Below are positions 47,118 through 58,624 of a stretch of DNA of 64,000 nt, piece after piece (within the stretch, counting starts at the first letter, position 1; every line of letters starts with the position of its first letter). Both the position numbers and the translations under genes were made by a program. The DNA is from an uncultured Gammaproteobacteria bacterium (lineage in GTDB: Bacteria; Pseudomonadota; Gammaproteobacteria; UBA9214): assembly GCA_963701505.1 (NCBI GenBank), contig CAVOZZ010000009.1, positions 65,770 to 129,769 of the forward strand, written 5' to 3'. The notes under the pieces are model-generated. The model was not told the DNA's origin and did no database searches. It was given only the letters and a program-made list of their open reading frames with translations.

Positions 47118-48335
47118 CTATTTAGCGGAATGTCCGCTCATCTTGATCTCTACCTTCTCGTCATCCTTCAAACTACCGTAGTACTCGCGCAGGATGGTGA
47201 GCACTTCCGGACGCGAGAACTTGTCAGACACGTCTTCACCTTCCGACAGTGCCTTGCGCAACTTGGTGCCGGACAGCAGGATGCGGTCGCTGCCTTCATG
47301 CGGACAGGTCTTCATCGAGGCCATGCCGTCACACTTGTTGCACCAGAAGGTCCAGTCGATTTTCAATGGCTGGGTTTCCAGGGAACCGGCCGGGATCTCG
47401 TCGAAGATGTGGTGCGCATCGAATGGCCCGTAGTAATCACCGACACCGGCATGGTCACGACCAACGATCTGGTGAGAACAGCCGTAGTTCTGGCGGAAGA
47501 CGGCGTGCAACAGGGCCTCGCGCGGGCCGGCATAACGCATGTCCAGCGGATAACCGGCCTGGATCACGGTGTTGTCGGCAAAGTAGTTTTCGATCAGGGT
47601 GCCAATGGCATTGCTGCGCACATCGGCCGGGATATCACCGGGTTTCAGCTTGCCCAGCAGGGAATGAATCAGTACACCGTCCAGCGTCTCGATGGCAATC
47701 TTGGCCAGGTATTCGTGGGAACGATGCATGGGATTACGCGTCTGGAAGCAGGCAATCGAGGTCCAGCCGCGCTTTTCGAATTCTGCGCGGGTCTGCGCGG
47801 GGGTCATGAACTGATCACCGTACTGTTCCGGAAAACCGCCCTGTGACAGTACCCTGATCGGACCGGCGAGATTCACATCCCCCTGTGCCATGACCATCTT
47901 CACGCCCGGGTGCTCTTCGTCGGTGGTCTTGTAGACCATCATGCACTCGTGCTTTTTATCGATAGTGTACTTCTCGGTGACCGTCATGGTGGCGAGGATT
48001 TCACCGGACTCGGAATCGGCCAGCGCGATGTCGTCACCTTCACTGATCCCCTTGGCCGCGGCATCATCAGCCGACAGTGTGATCGGAATCGGCCAGAACA
48101 GGCCGTTGGCCATTTTCATGCCGTCACAGACGCCTTCCCAGTCGGCACGGGTCATAAAACCGTCCAGCGGCGTAAACCCGCCGATGCCCAGCATGATGAT
48201 GTCACCGGCTTCGCGGGATGAAACATTGATCTTCGTCAGGCCTGCTGCACGCGCCTGCTCGGCTGCCAGTGCATCGCCTTCAAGCAGCAACGGTTTCAGA
48301 TCACCGCCGCCATGTGGCTTTACTAATGTGGACAT
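47118..48335 (-). CDS. sat: sulfate adenylyltransferase (dissimilatory-type ATP sulfurylase)
   Basis: ATG at 48335, preceded by AAGGAG ([11 protein letters not shown]). Motifs [22 protein letters not shown]. The ORF-track extension to 48440 is unlikely to be translated. Confidence 0.92.
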   Translation of the reverse strand: MSTLVKPHGGGDLKPLLLEGDALAAEQARAAGLTKINVSSREAGDIIMLGIGGFTPLDGFMTRADWEGVCDGMKMANGLFWPIPITLSADDAAAKGISEGDDIALADSESGEILATMTVTEKYTIDKKHECMMVYKTTDEEHPGVKMVMAQGDVNLAGPIRVLSQGGFPEQYGDQFMTPAQTRAEFEKRGWTSIACFQTRNPMHRSHEYLAKIAIETLDGVLIHSLLGKLKPGDIPADVRSNAIGTLIENYFADNTVIQAGYPLDMRYAGPREALLHAVFRQNYGCSHQIVGRDHAGVGDYYGPFDAHHIFDEIPAGSLETQPLKIDWTFWCNKCDGMASMKTCPHEGSDRILLSGTKLRKALSEGEDVSDKFSRPEVLTILREYYGSLKDDEKVEIKMSGHSAK

Positions 48336-48648
48336 GAGACTCCTTAACGTTGTCGCTTTTTGAAAATTGTTTTCATGCTCACGTGCATGCCTGCTAACTG
48401 CTTGAACGCGCACGCACTCCGACCTGCTGTGGGGTGGCATACAATACCCCTTTGGCCACGATTTTCAAACCAGTAATATCTTGTCGTTAATAAAACCAGT
48501 TTATCCCAAAAATATTCGCCCTGATGAACGTCAACCGATTGTTATTATTAATATAATTCTCCATTGATACATCTGAATACGGTAATTTAATCATGCGCCT
48601 ACCCCTGTATTAGCGGGGCTTCTGCAGGCGCCTGCAACCTCGGCCACT

Positions 48649-49441
48649 TCAGGCGGCGCCCAGGATCATTTTCATAGCGATTACCAGCAGCAGCAGCGCG
48701 AACACCCGTTGCAGGGTTGCCCTTGGCAGGTAGTGGGCCAGCCCCGCACCCAATGGCGCCATGGGTACACTGGCGAGCACCACACCTGCGACCGCTGGCC
48801 AGATAGACGAAGCCACTGTTGTTTCCGGGCTGTGCAGGTACGTTCAGCCCAGTGAGGACAAAGCCAGTGGCCCCGGCAATGGCGATCGGCAAGCCGATGG
48901 TCGCCGCGGTACCCACGGCAAGGCGTATGTCCACCCGGTTCCATAGCAGAAACGGCACCGTCATTGTGGCACCGCCAATACCGAGCAGGCCCGACAGCAG
49001 CCCGATCACGCTACCCGCAACACCCAGCCCAACGGCTCCCGGCAGTTGCCGATGCGGCGCAGGCTTCACCCCAAGCAGTAATTGCACCGCAACCAGGAGC
49101 ACAAATACCCCGAACAGCATCCCCAGCCCGGCACTGCTCATTTGCCTTGCCAGCCAGGCACTTGCAATCGCGCCCAGCAGGATACCCGGCACCATGGAGC
49201 GCACCACCGGCCAGTGCACGCTGCCGTGCCGCTGATGCGCCAGCAAGGAAGAAATCGAGGTAGGGATGATGGTCGCCAGCGAGGTGCCAACGGCATAGTG
49301 CATGACCGCATCAACACTAAAACCGTGCCGGGTAAACAGTATCGCCAGCACCGGCACGATCACCAGACCGCCACCGATGCCCAGCAGTCCGGCCATGAGA
49401 CCGGCAACAGCACCGGTCAGCAGATAGGTCAGGAGTTCCAT
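48649..49441 (-). pseudogene. TauE/SafE-family anion (sulfite/organosulfonate) exporter, one frame change near 48800
   Basis: Repeated GLLGIGGG motifs. The C-terminus is recovered in another frame (ALLLLVIAMKMILGAA-stop at 48649-48651). Confidence 0.75.
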
Positions 49442-49535
49442 GGCGGCATTGTAACCAACCCGGGATTAGCAGCGGGTCCTCAGGTTTGACCACAGGTGTT
49501 ACTCTGATGGTGAGGCACTTATCCAGCTTCTCAAT

Positions 49536-49737
49536 TTCGCCCTATTGGGCGAGGTACTTTCTCTTGCTTGCCCAAGAGAAAGTACCCAAAGAGAAGGGCG
49601 CCCCGGTGCACTCATCGGCTGCGCCGATGCCCTGCGTTCCTCGCCACTCCGGGGGCGCGCACAACTCGGCAGGTAAACCTGCCTCAAACAGGGTGCGCGC
49701 CTTGATCCCGGACTGGCTGCGGTACTCGGTGAGTGCC
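49536..49737 (+). repeat. copy A of a ~200 bp intergenic repeat (contains hairpin 49554-49585)
   Basis: Homologous to the reverse complement of 49772-49960. The internal 13-bp perfect stem is gtactttctcttg/caagagaaagtac, with a 6-nt loop. Confidence 0.75.
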
Positions 49738-49771
49738 AACGGGTAACGGTTAACGGGTTTCACCCCCGTCT

Positions 49772-49960
49772 GGCGCAGCCGAGCATCGCAGTAAAGGCCG
49801 GATGAAGCTCGCGCCTGTTTGAGTGCAGCGAGTTGCGCGAGCGCCGGGCTTTACGAGAAGCGCAGGGAACCCGCGTAGCGGGCAAGCCTCCGGGATCGCC
49901 TTTCTTTTGGATACTTTTCTTTGGCGGAGCAAAGAAAAGTATCTCGCCCGAGTGGGCGAA
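49772..49960 (-). repeat. copy B (inverted) of the same repeat (contains hairpin 49910-49943)
   Basis: ttcgcccactcgggcgagatacttttctttg...caaagaaaagtatc has a 14-bp perfect stem and a 6-nt loop. It lies tail-to-tail with copy A, ~35 bp apart. Confidence 0.75.
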
Positions 49961-50067
49961 ACCAAAAGGCAAAAGAAGAATCCCGCCCGAATGAACGGAA
50001 CAGATCCGTTAAAAGAAGCCCCTCACCCGAAGCAATGAACCCTTTTGAATCAACGCCTAAAAACGAC

Positions 50068-51432
50068 TCACCGAATCCAGATCGTCTTGGCATTGACGAA
50101 CTCAAGGATACCGAGACGCGACAGTTCACGCCCATAACCGGAGTTCTTGATACCACCGAAAGGCAGGCGCGGATCGCTCTTCACCAGGCCGTTGACGAAG
50201 GCACAGCCGCACTGCAACTGCCGGGCAATACGTTCGCCACGGGCGCTGTCCCGGGTCCAGACGCTGCCGCCCAGGCCAAAGTCGGTATCGTTGGCGATGC
50301 GCACCGCATCCTCCTCGTCAACGGCACGAATGACACTGGCAACCGGGCCAAACAGTTCCTCGCGGTAGGCACGCATGCCGGGTTTTACATGGTCGATGAT
50401 GGACGGCTGGTAGAACGCACCGCTGCCTGCCTCCGGGTTGCAGCCGGTGACGGCGACCGCGCCGTGCGACAGGCTTTCCAGCACCTGGTGGTGCAGCTCA
50501 TCGCGCAGGTCCACCCGCGCCATGGGGCCAAGGGCATTGGCCTCGTTGAGCGGATCGCCGACGGTCATGGCCTCGACAGCCTGCTTGAAACGCGCCACGA
50601 ACTCGTTGGCAATCGGCTCCACTACAATAAAGCGTTTCGCCGCGATACAGCTCTGGCCGGTATTCAGAAACCGGGAAGTCACGGCCTGCTCGACCGCCAG
50701 ATCGAGATCCGCATCCTGCAGCACGATAAACGGGTCGGAGCCACCGAGTTCCAGCACCGTCTTCTTCACCTGCCCGCCGGCGATTGCCGCCACCTGGCGG
50801 CCGGCCGCTTCACTGCCGGTCAACGTCACCGCATGCACCCGCCCATCCTCGATGATCTCTGCGACGCGGGAAGACGGGACCAGCAGTGTCGTGAATACGC
50901 CGCGCGGAAACCCGGCCTCGGTGAACACAGATTCAATGGCCTGCGCACACTGTGGTACGTTGGAGGCATGTTTCAGGAGTCCGGTATTACCGGCAACCAG
51001 CGCCGGTGCGGCAAAACGGAACACCTGCCAGAAGGGGAAATTCCAGGGCATAATAGCCAGCACCGTACCCAGTGGCTGGTAGGTCACGAGGCTGCGGCCG
51101 GCGTCGGAGGCAATTAGCTCGTCAGCCAGAAACCGCTGACCTTCGCTGGCATAATAATCGCAGCCCAGGGCGCACTTTTCGATTTCGGCGCGCGCCTCCC
51201 TGATCGGTTTGCCCATTTCCAGTGTCATCATACGGGCGAAATCCTCGACATGCCCGCGCAACACCGTTGCCGCCCGGCGCATCAGCTCGCAGCGCTCGGC
51301 AAGCGCCGTGCCTGCCCACAGTGGCGCAGCCTGTGCCGCTTGCTGCAAGGCCTGCTCGATCTCGGCATGCGTGAAGGCTGAGAAGTCCCCGAGCGTAGTA
51401 CCATTGAACGGATTAACGGATTTGAATGTCAC
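50068..51432 (-). CDS. NAD(P)+-dependent aldehyde dehydrogenase (succinate-semialdehyde dehydrogenase-like, short ~455 aa type)
   Basis: Intact 454 aa. Motifs FPFWQVFRFAAPALVAGNT, ELGGSDP, and the catalytic Cys region NTGQSCIAAKR. Confidence 0.85.
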   Translation of the reverse strand: MTFKSVNPFNGTTLGDFSAFTHAEIEQALQQAAQAAPLWAGTALAERCELMRRAATVLRGHVEDFARMMTLEMGKPIREARAEIEKCALGCDYYASEGQRFLADELIASDAGRSLVTYQPLGTVLAIMPWNFPFWQVFRFAAPALVAGNTGLLKHASNVPQCAQAIESVFTEAGFPRGVFTTLLVPSSRVAEIIEDGRVHAVTLTGSEAAGRQVAAIAGGQVKKTVLELGGSDPFIVLQDADLDLAVEQAVTSRFLNTGQSCIAAKRFIVVEPIANEFVARFKQAVEAMTVGDPLNEANALGPMARVDLRDELHHQVLESLSHGAVAVTGCNPEAGSGAFYQPSIIDHVKPGMRAYREELFGPVASVIRAVDEEDAVRIANDTDFGLGGSVWTRDSARGERIARQLQCGCAFVNGLVKSDPRLPFGGIKNSGYGRELSRLGILEFVNAKTIWIR

Positions 51433-51497
51433 GGTAATAACCCTTTGTTAATATGCGAGCCGGGAAACGTCCCGGTTTCCTGCAACTATAACGGACT

Positions 51498-53448
51498 ATG
51501 CAAAAAATACTCACTACATTCATCACAACTTGCTGGCTGCTTGCCACGGCGACAGCGTCCGCCTCGGGTGACCCCTACGAGAAGGAGCGTGCCCTGTTCC
51601 TGACAGCCTACAAGGCGCTCAACGAACACCGCTATGCCGAGTTCGATCGACTGTCAAAACAACTCAAGGATTACCCTCTCTATCCCTACCTGGAATTCTG
51701 GGAGATGCGCGGCAATCTGCAGCATGTCAGCAACGAGGATATTGCTGCCTTCATCACGCGTTACCAGGGCGACTCGGTCAGTGCACGCATGCGACAATCG
51801 TGGCTCTATCAGCTGGCTCGCCAGCGTGACTGGGCAAAATTCCTGGAAGTCTATCGCGGCAATCAGCCGGTCACCTTGCAGTGTTACAAGCTGCAGGCGC
51901 AGATCAACACCGGGCAGACCAGTGGCCTGGTGGAAGAAGCGCTGCAACTGTGGATGATCGGTAAATCCCAGGTCAAGAACTGTGACCCGGTGTTCAAGTA
52001 CCTCGATGACAAGCAACATCATCACAACGGAACTGTTGTGGCAACGGATACGCCTCGCCATGGAGCAGGGCAATCCCAGCCTCGCCCTTTACCTGGCACG
52101 CAGGTTGTCAGACGAGGACCGCGCCTGGGTCGAACTGTGGGGCGATGCACGTAAGCGGCCGGCACAAACGCTTGATTCGCCGCAGCTGAAAAAGGATACC
52201 CCGCAGGCACGGGAAATCATTCTCTACAGTGTGCGCCGCATAGCCAGCAGCGATGCCGACCTGTCCCACAAGAAATGGGCGCAACTGAAACCCCGTTATA
52301 AATTCAGCGAAGCGGAAATCGCAGAACTGGAAAAGAACATGGCGCTGTCAGCCGCCTGGCAGCGAAACCCGCGTGCGCATGAGTGGCTGGTGGCCGTACC
52401 GGACAGTGCCGTCGACGAAAAACTCAGGGAATGGCGGATACGCACGGCGGTATCCATCGGCGACTGGCCCGCCGTTGTCAAACACACGGCGGAGCTGCCG
52501 CCAGAAGAGGCAGAGCGTGAAGAATGGCGCTACTGGCGTGCGCTGGCACTGGAGCAGACTGGTGAGCATGCACAGGCACTTGACGGCTTTGCACAACTTG
52601 CCCGGGAGCGCGACTACCACGGCTTTCTTGCTGCTGATTTCATGAACTGGCCGTACGAGATGGGCAACAAACCCATCGAGTACGATGCAGCAAGCCTGGC
52701 GGCACTCGGCCGGCAAGCCGGCTTCGTCCGTGCCCGTGAATTGTACAGGGCCGAATTGTTTATCGATGCACGGCGCGAGTGGGCCCATATTACCCAGGGA
52801 CTTTCAACGGATGATCTGAAACTGGCTGCGGTACTGGCTGAACAATGGGGCTGGCATGATCGCGCCATACTCACGGTTGCGCAGACCGGAGACTACAGCG
52901 ACCTGAACCTGCGCTTTCCGATTGACTACCAGAGCGAGGTGCGCAAGATTGCCGGTACCTACAAACTCGAGCCGGCACACGTGTATGCGGTTATCCGTCA
53001 GGAGAGCGCATTTAACAAGGATGCACGCTCCCCTGCAGGGGCCCTGGGGCTGATGCAGCTGATGCCAAAAACCGGCAGCCTCACGGCCAAAAAGCACAAT
53101 ATCCCCCTTGCCAGCACCAGCCTGCTGTATGAGCCGGACAAGAACATCACCATTGGCTCTGCTTACCTGAAACAGGTCATGGAAGAGTATGATGACAACA
53201 TCGTGCTTGCATCGGCCGCCTATAATGCGGGGCCCCACCGGGTAAAGCGCTGGCTGCCGGAGGATGAGGAAAAGCCCGCGGCACGCTGGATTGCGATGGT
53301 GCCGTTTAATGAAACACGCAATTACATTCAACGCATACTTGCCTATATGGCCATCTACGACTGGCGCATGGAGCAACCGGCGACACCCATCAAGAAACAC
53401 ATGCCCGATATTTTACCGACCATGCCTACAAGGCCTACGGCAAGTAAG
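51498..53448 (+). pseudogene. slt: soluble lytic murein transglycosylase (Slt70 family), frame change near 52012; 3' end uncertain
   Basis: Signal peptide, a superhelical U-domain, and catalytic ESAFNKDARSPAGALGLMQLMP...AYNAGPHRV. As sequenced, the frame reads without a stop into the next gene. An out-of-frame TAA at 53446-53448 is the likely true stop. Confidence 0.8.
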
Positions 53449-53481
53449 CAATCGCACCACCAGCAGGGACAGGAACAACAC

Positions 53482-54455
53482 ATGCATCAAGAAACCATCT
53501 GCCTTCTGGGTGGCACCGGCTTTGTCGGCAAACATCTGGTAAACCGGCTGACGCAACAGGGACACACGGTGCGCGTCTTGACACGCCGGCGTGAATGGCA
53601 CCGCGAGCTTATCGTTAACCCGGCCGTCACGCTCATTGAAACCGACATGCATGACGCAGACGCAGCTGCGCCAGCAGTTTAGAGGTGTCGACGTGGTCAT
53701 CAACCTGGTGGGCATCCTCAATGAAAGCGGCAAAAAAGGCGCCGGCTTCAGACGCGCACATGTCGAGTTGCCGGAAAAGATTGTCGAGGCCGCACTCGCC
53801 GCGGGTGTCGGTCGCCTGTTGCACATGAGCGCGCTCAATGCCGATGCCCGTGAACAACACAGCCTCTACCTCAAGACCAAGGGCGAAGGCGAGGAGCTGG
53901 TGCATGCAGCCTCAGCAAGGGGACTGGTTGTCACCAGCTTTCGGCCGTCGGTCATCTTCGGTGTCGGTGACAGTTTTTTTAACCGCTTCGCAACCCTGTT
54001 GAAACTGTCACGGCCGGTGATGCCACTCGCCTGCCCCGACAGCCGCTTTGCACCGGTGTGGGTAAGCGACGTCACCGCGGCCATGTGCCGCTCGCTGGAT
54101 GACGCGACCGGCGGTGAACGCCTGGACCTGTGCGGGCCGGAGGTCTACACACTGAAGGAACTGGTGAGCTACACGCGCGACCAGCTCGGACTGCGCTGCA
54201 GATTGCCGGCCTCGGACACGGGCCCGTCACGCCTGCAGGCAAGGGTGCTCGGCAGCCTGCCGGGCAAACCGTTCTCACTGGACAATTACTACTCGCTGCA
54301 AAAAGACAGCATCTGTACGGACAACGCCCTGCCCACCCTCGGCATCACACCGACACCGATTGCCGCCGTGGTCCCGGGCTACCTCGCTGACCGCAATGCG
54401 CGCGGTCATTACGACGGCTTTCGTCGACAGTCCCGACGTCAGCAGGCAACGTTAA
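53482..54455 (+). pseudogene. NAD(P)-binding epimerase/dehydratase family protein (NDUFA9-like), at least 2 frame changes
   Basis: ATG at 53482 (MHQETICLLGGTGFVGKHLV Rossmann motif). It continues in fragment 53591-55225 (VVINLVGIL...YLKTKGEGE). Break near 53655. The stop is inferred in another frame at 54453-54455. Confidence 0.7.
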
Positions 54456-54467
54456 TCCTGACGCGCG

Positions 54468-55646
54468 ATGGAGATCTACCTGGTCGGCGGGGCCGTACGG
54501 GACAAGCGACTCGGGCTGCCGGTGCGGGAACGCGACTGGGTGGTTGTCGGCGCGACACCGCGGAAGACCTGCTGGCACTGGGTTATCAACCGGTCGGCAA
54601 GGATTTCCCGGTGTTCCTGCACCCCGAGACCAAGGAGGAGTACGCGCTGGCGCGCACCGAGCGCAAGACAGGTCACGGGTATACCGGCTTTGAAACCCGT
54701 GCAGATCCCGGCATCACCCTCGAGGAAGACCTGTTGCGGCGTGACCTCACCATTAACGCCATGGCTGAAACACCCGAGGGCGTATTGATCGATCCCTTTC
54801 ACGGTCTGGAGGACCTGAATAACGGCGTGCTGCGGCATGTTTCAGCCGCCTTCGCGGAGGACCCGGTACGCATCCTGCGCACGGCACGTTTTGCTGCTCA
54901 CTTTGCGCAACGGGGTTTCCACGTCGCACACGCAACCAATGCCCTGATGCGCCGCATGGTGCAAAACGGCGAGGCCAGTCACCTGGTCGCGGAACGCGTC
55001 TGGGCAGAACTGGTAAAGGCGCTGGACACCCGGACACCGGCACGCTTCTTCAAGGTGCTGGCCGGCTGCGGCGCACTGGCTGTGCTGTTTCCCGAACTCG
55101 TGCCCGCGGCCAACAGCGCTGCAGTGCCGATGGACATGGGCACGCTATCGCGCTGCCGGTGCTGGAACAGGCCGTCACCCTCAGTCACCAGCACCACCGA
55201 TCCGCTTCGCCGCGCTGGCCTGTGACATGGACAACCTGCACCCCGAGGGTCAGGGCGAGGATGCGCTGGCATCGCTGTGTGAACGCTACCGGGTACCGAA
55301 TGCCTGTCGCGATCTCGCACGGCACGCAGTCCAGCAACGTCGCCAGCTGCAGGCAGCAACCGGCCTGTCACCGGAGATCATTGCTGGGGCTGTTGAACAG
55401 CGTCGATGCCTTCCGCCGGGCAGAGCGTTTCGGCGAACTGCTGCAGGTGTGCGCGGCCGATGCCGCCGCCAGTCATCGCGACGTTCAGCAGCGACTACCT
55501 GCTACAGGCACTGGCCGTCGCGCAGTCTGTGAACACCGCCGGGTTGCAAGCTGCACGGATTATCCGGCAGGAAATCGGCAGAGGCCTTGCAGCAAAGCCG
55601 CATCGAGGCCATCGACGCCTCAATCGCACAACGCATGCCTCAATAA
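54468..55646 (+). pseudogene. cca: tRNA nucleotidyltransferase (CCA-adding enzyme), multiple frame changes
   Basis: [31 protein letters not shown]; [21 protein letters not shown]; [10 protein letters not shown]; [13 protein letters not shown]. The C-terminal HD region is scattered over three frames. Confidence 0.8.
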
Positions 55647-56441
55647 AACAGCAGCAGCAGAATAGACGCCCAGCAACAGCCGGTATACCACGAACGGCAG
55701 CATCCCGACGCGCTCGATCAGGCGCATAAAACAGCTCTATACAGAGATAGGCACTGACGGCGGCGACCGTCGTACCCAGCAGGAGTCTCGCTCCACGCGA
55801 CCGGTCCTGGCTGCTGCAGCAGTTTCAGCGACTCGTACCCCCCGGCCATCAGGATCACCGGAATGGACAGCAGGAACGAAAAGCGTGCCGACGCCGAACG
55901 CGTCAGACCCAGTGCCAGCGCCGCGGTCATGGTGATACCGGAACGCGAGGTACCGGGTATCAGGGCCAGTGCCTGGGCCATGCCGATCCAGATGACATCG
56001 GTCACCGTCAGGCTGTTCTCACTGCGGGATTGCCTGCCGTACCGGTCTGCCAAGCCCAGCAATACCCCGAACCCAATCGTCGTCAGGGCAATGACCAGCG
56101 GTGATCGCAGGTAGGTCTCGACCAAGTCGTGCAGGAACAGGCCGGCTCACAGCGACCGGTATGGTAGCCAGCAGCAGCAGCCACGCGAGGCGTGCATCGG
56201 CATCCATGCGGCGATTCAGGCAGGACGCTGACCAGGCGACAGACAGGCGCTGCAGCTCATCCCGGAAGTAGAACATGACCGCCAGCAGGGTTCCGACATG
56301 CACGGCGACATCAAAGGCCAGACCCTGATCGCCCCAGCCGAGCAGGCGCGGCAACAGGATCAGGTGTGCGGAACTCGATATCGGCAAGAATTCAGTCAGG
56401 CCCTGCAACAGCGCCAGTAGCAGGATGTGCAATGTGTCCAT
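55640..56441 (-). pseudogene. uppP: undecaprenyl-diphosphate phosphatase (BacA/UppP), multiple frame changes
   Basis: [27 protein letters not shown]; IPGTSRSGITMTAALALG. The C-terminus (VVYRLLLG) is recovered in another frame. Confidence 0.8.
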
Positions 56442-56454
56442 AGGAAACGTGTTA

Positions 56455-57585
56455 TCAAAGCCGGTTGCGGTAATCCTGCAGGCGGAAACCGGGAACAGCC
56501 GTTGTCAGGCCGCGCGTCAGGCCGATGCACTTGAAGCGCTCGCCCATTTCACCCGGCAGTATCAGTGTTTTCGCCTGCTGTGCAAGCTGTAAATAGTGTA
56601 TGGAATCCGTCGGACCGGCCTGCTTGCAACAAATTATCCAGACCACTGTCGAGCAGGAAAACAGGCCTGCGTAGTATAGCCGCTGACTTCAAGGTCCGAG
56701 GCAAGTGCCGCTTCGGCAACCGCCGTAAAATCCACATGTGCAGTGATGTCCTGCAGCCCAGGCCACAGGAACGGATCGTCATGCGCACGCTGCCGGTAAT
56801 GGCACATCAAGGTGCCGCTGCTGTGTTGCGGATGATAATACTCATGGCGCGGATAGCCGTAATCGATCAGCAGCAGCATGCCCTGCTCAAGCCGATGCAG
56901 CCACGCTCTGCAACCAGGCAGGTAACGCGACATTGAGCTCCGAAATATAACCGGGCTGTCAGCTGGCAGCTCGCAGGCCAGCGACTCAACAGCAGCGGTC
57001 GTCTCATCCTGTTGCTGCCTGCAGGCGCCACTGGAAAGCATCGCCCTCACAGCCCACGTGGAACAGGCTGGCGGTCTTGCCGTCCCACTGAAAGCGTTCA
57101 ACGGCCATCGCGTCCAGCACCTCGTTGGCCAGCATGACGCCACGAAAACCGGCGTCCGGCAAGTGATCAATCCAGGACACCCTGTCCAGCAAGTGCGGCA
57201 ACTGCTGCTGCAGCGCCTGTTGTTGTCGCTGCCTGAGCTCGGCACTGCGCTCCAGTATCAGGTAGCGCCGCGGCAGGCAGGCACTGCGTTGCAGTTCGTC
57301 GAGCAGGTCAATGGCCAGCTGGCCACTGCCTGCACCAAATTCCAGGATATCGCCACCACTGCCAGACTCCAGTACCGCGCGACAGCTGTGTGCCAGACAA
57401 CGTCCGAACAACGGTGAAATTTCCGGTGCCGTGACAAAGTCCCCACCGGCACCGAACTTTCGCTGACCGGCACTGTAGTAGCCAAGGCCCGGTGCATACA
57501 GACACAGCTCCATGTAGCGGGCAAACGGGATGGAGCCACCTGCCGCCCTGATTTCGCCGCGGATGACAGCTCGACAGTTCGGCAC
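56455..57585 (-). pseudogene. SAM-dependent methyltransferase, MidA/NDUFAF7 (DUF185) family, 2-3 frame changes
   Basis: IPFARYMELCLYAPGLGYYS, DFVTAPEISPLFG, ILEFGAGSGQLA, LLIDYGYP, DITAHVDF. Confidence 0.7.
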
Positions 57586-57590
57586 TCAGC

Positions 57591-58138
57591 TCAAGCGCCT
57601 GCTGTGATGGAACGGGGTACTCGATCGCCTATTCCCCGTGCGAGTCTGCTACGGGCGGCCAGTCGACCGCTGTCCAGCGGCTGGCTCTCGTCATCGAAGC
57701 CTGCCCACATGTCCGCATAACTGACACCCGTTACCGGATGCCGCGCACGCGCCGGCAATCTCTGCCAGCGGTCGCAGCACAAAGGCGTAACGACTGATGT
57801 CCTCGCGCGGCAATACCAGTTTGCCCTGCTTCATGACCAGGTCATCATACAGCAGCAGATCCAGGTCCAGGGTGCGCGCCGAAAGTGTTGCTGTACGCTG
57901 CCGGCCACAACGATTCTCGATGGCATGCAGCTGGTCCTGGATGGACTGCGGTGATTCCTGTGTCGAGAAACCCAGCACCAGGTTATAAAACGGTGCACTG
58001 TCAAACCCGACGGCCGCGCTTTCATACACCGGCGACAGCTGCAGTTCACCATAGAGCTCCGTCAGTGCCTGCAATGCAGCTGGCGATATTCCGCTGCCGG
58101 TCAATATTGCTGCCGACACTGACATACACCTGCGGCAT
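57591..58138 (-). pseudogene. folK: 2-amino-4-hydroxy-6-hydroxymethyldihydropteridine diphosphokinase (HPPK), about 2 frame changes; 3' end uncertain
   Basis: ATG at 58138 (MPQVYVSVGSNIDRQRNI). Then LSPVYESAAVGF, RTLDLDLLLYDD, RYAFVLRPLAEIA. Confidence 0.75.
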
Positions 58139-58501
58139 GCAACTCCGACCCCGGTCACCGCGCTCTATAATGACGCCGACATCACGAGAACCGCGCACGG
58201 CACCCGGCTTGTGCACCGTGAGCTTCACCCACGGTACACTGAATTCTGTCAGCACAATCGCGGCAATCTTTTCCGCCAGCGTTTCTACCAGCTGGAATTC
58301 ACTGGCCTCGACGAAGGCAATCAGGCGCTTGGCAACGGCCTTGTAGTTGAGCGTATCTTCAATGGCATCCGTCTCTGCAGCGCGGCGGATGTCGGTACCC
58401 ATTTCCAGGTCAAGACTGATGGTCTGCCGGACCTTGCGCTCCCAGTCGTAAATGCCAATGATGGTTTCAATCCGCAAGTCATTAATAAAAACTGTATCCA
58501 T
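58139..58501 (-). CDS. folB: dihydroneopterin aldolase; no stop codon before the folK ATG as sequenced
   Basis: ATG at 58501 (MDTVFINDLRIETIIGIYDWERKVRQ...VGVIIERG). It reads in frame directly into the folK start. Confidence 0.8.
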
Positions 58502-58624
58502 AGTGTCACATGCCCTGTTGATGTGCTCATCAATATAGAGCCTCGCCGCCTGCTTGACCAGTGGCGACAAGCAGCCGCGCAGGTTGTCCTTGACGTCCAG
58601 TCTGTTAACGATTCCAATGGCGCC

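Noticed and set aside
49486-50156. Several 60-100 aa ORFs across the 49.5-50.1 kb gap.
   Set aside because: They are translations of the two inverted repeat copies in different frames, with mirror-image peptides such as …LLAQEKVPKEKG… and …FFAPPKKSIQKKG…. They are not independent genes.
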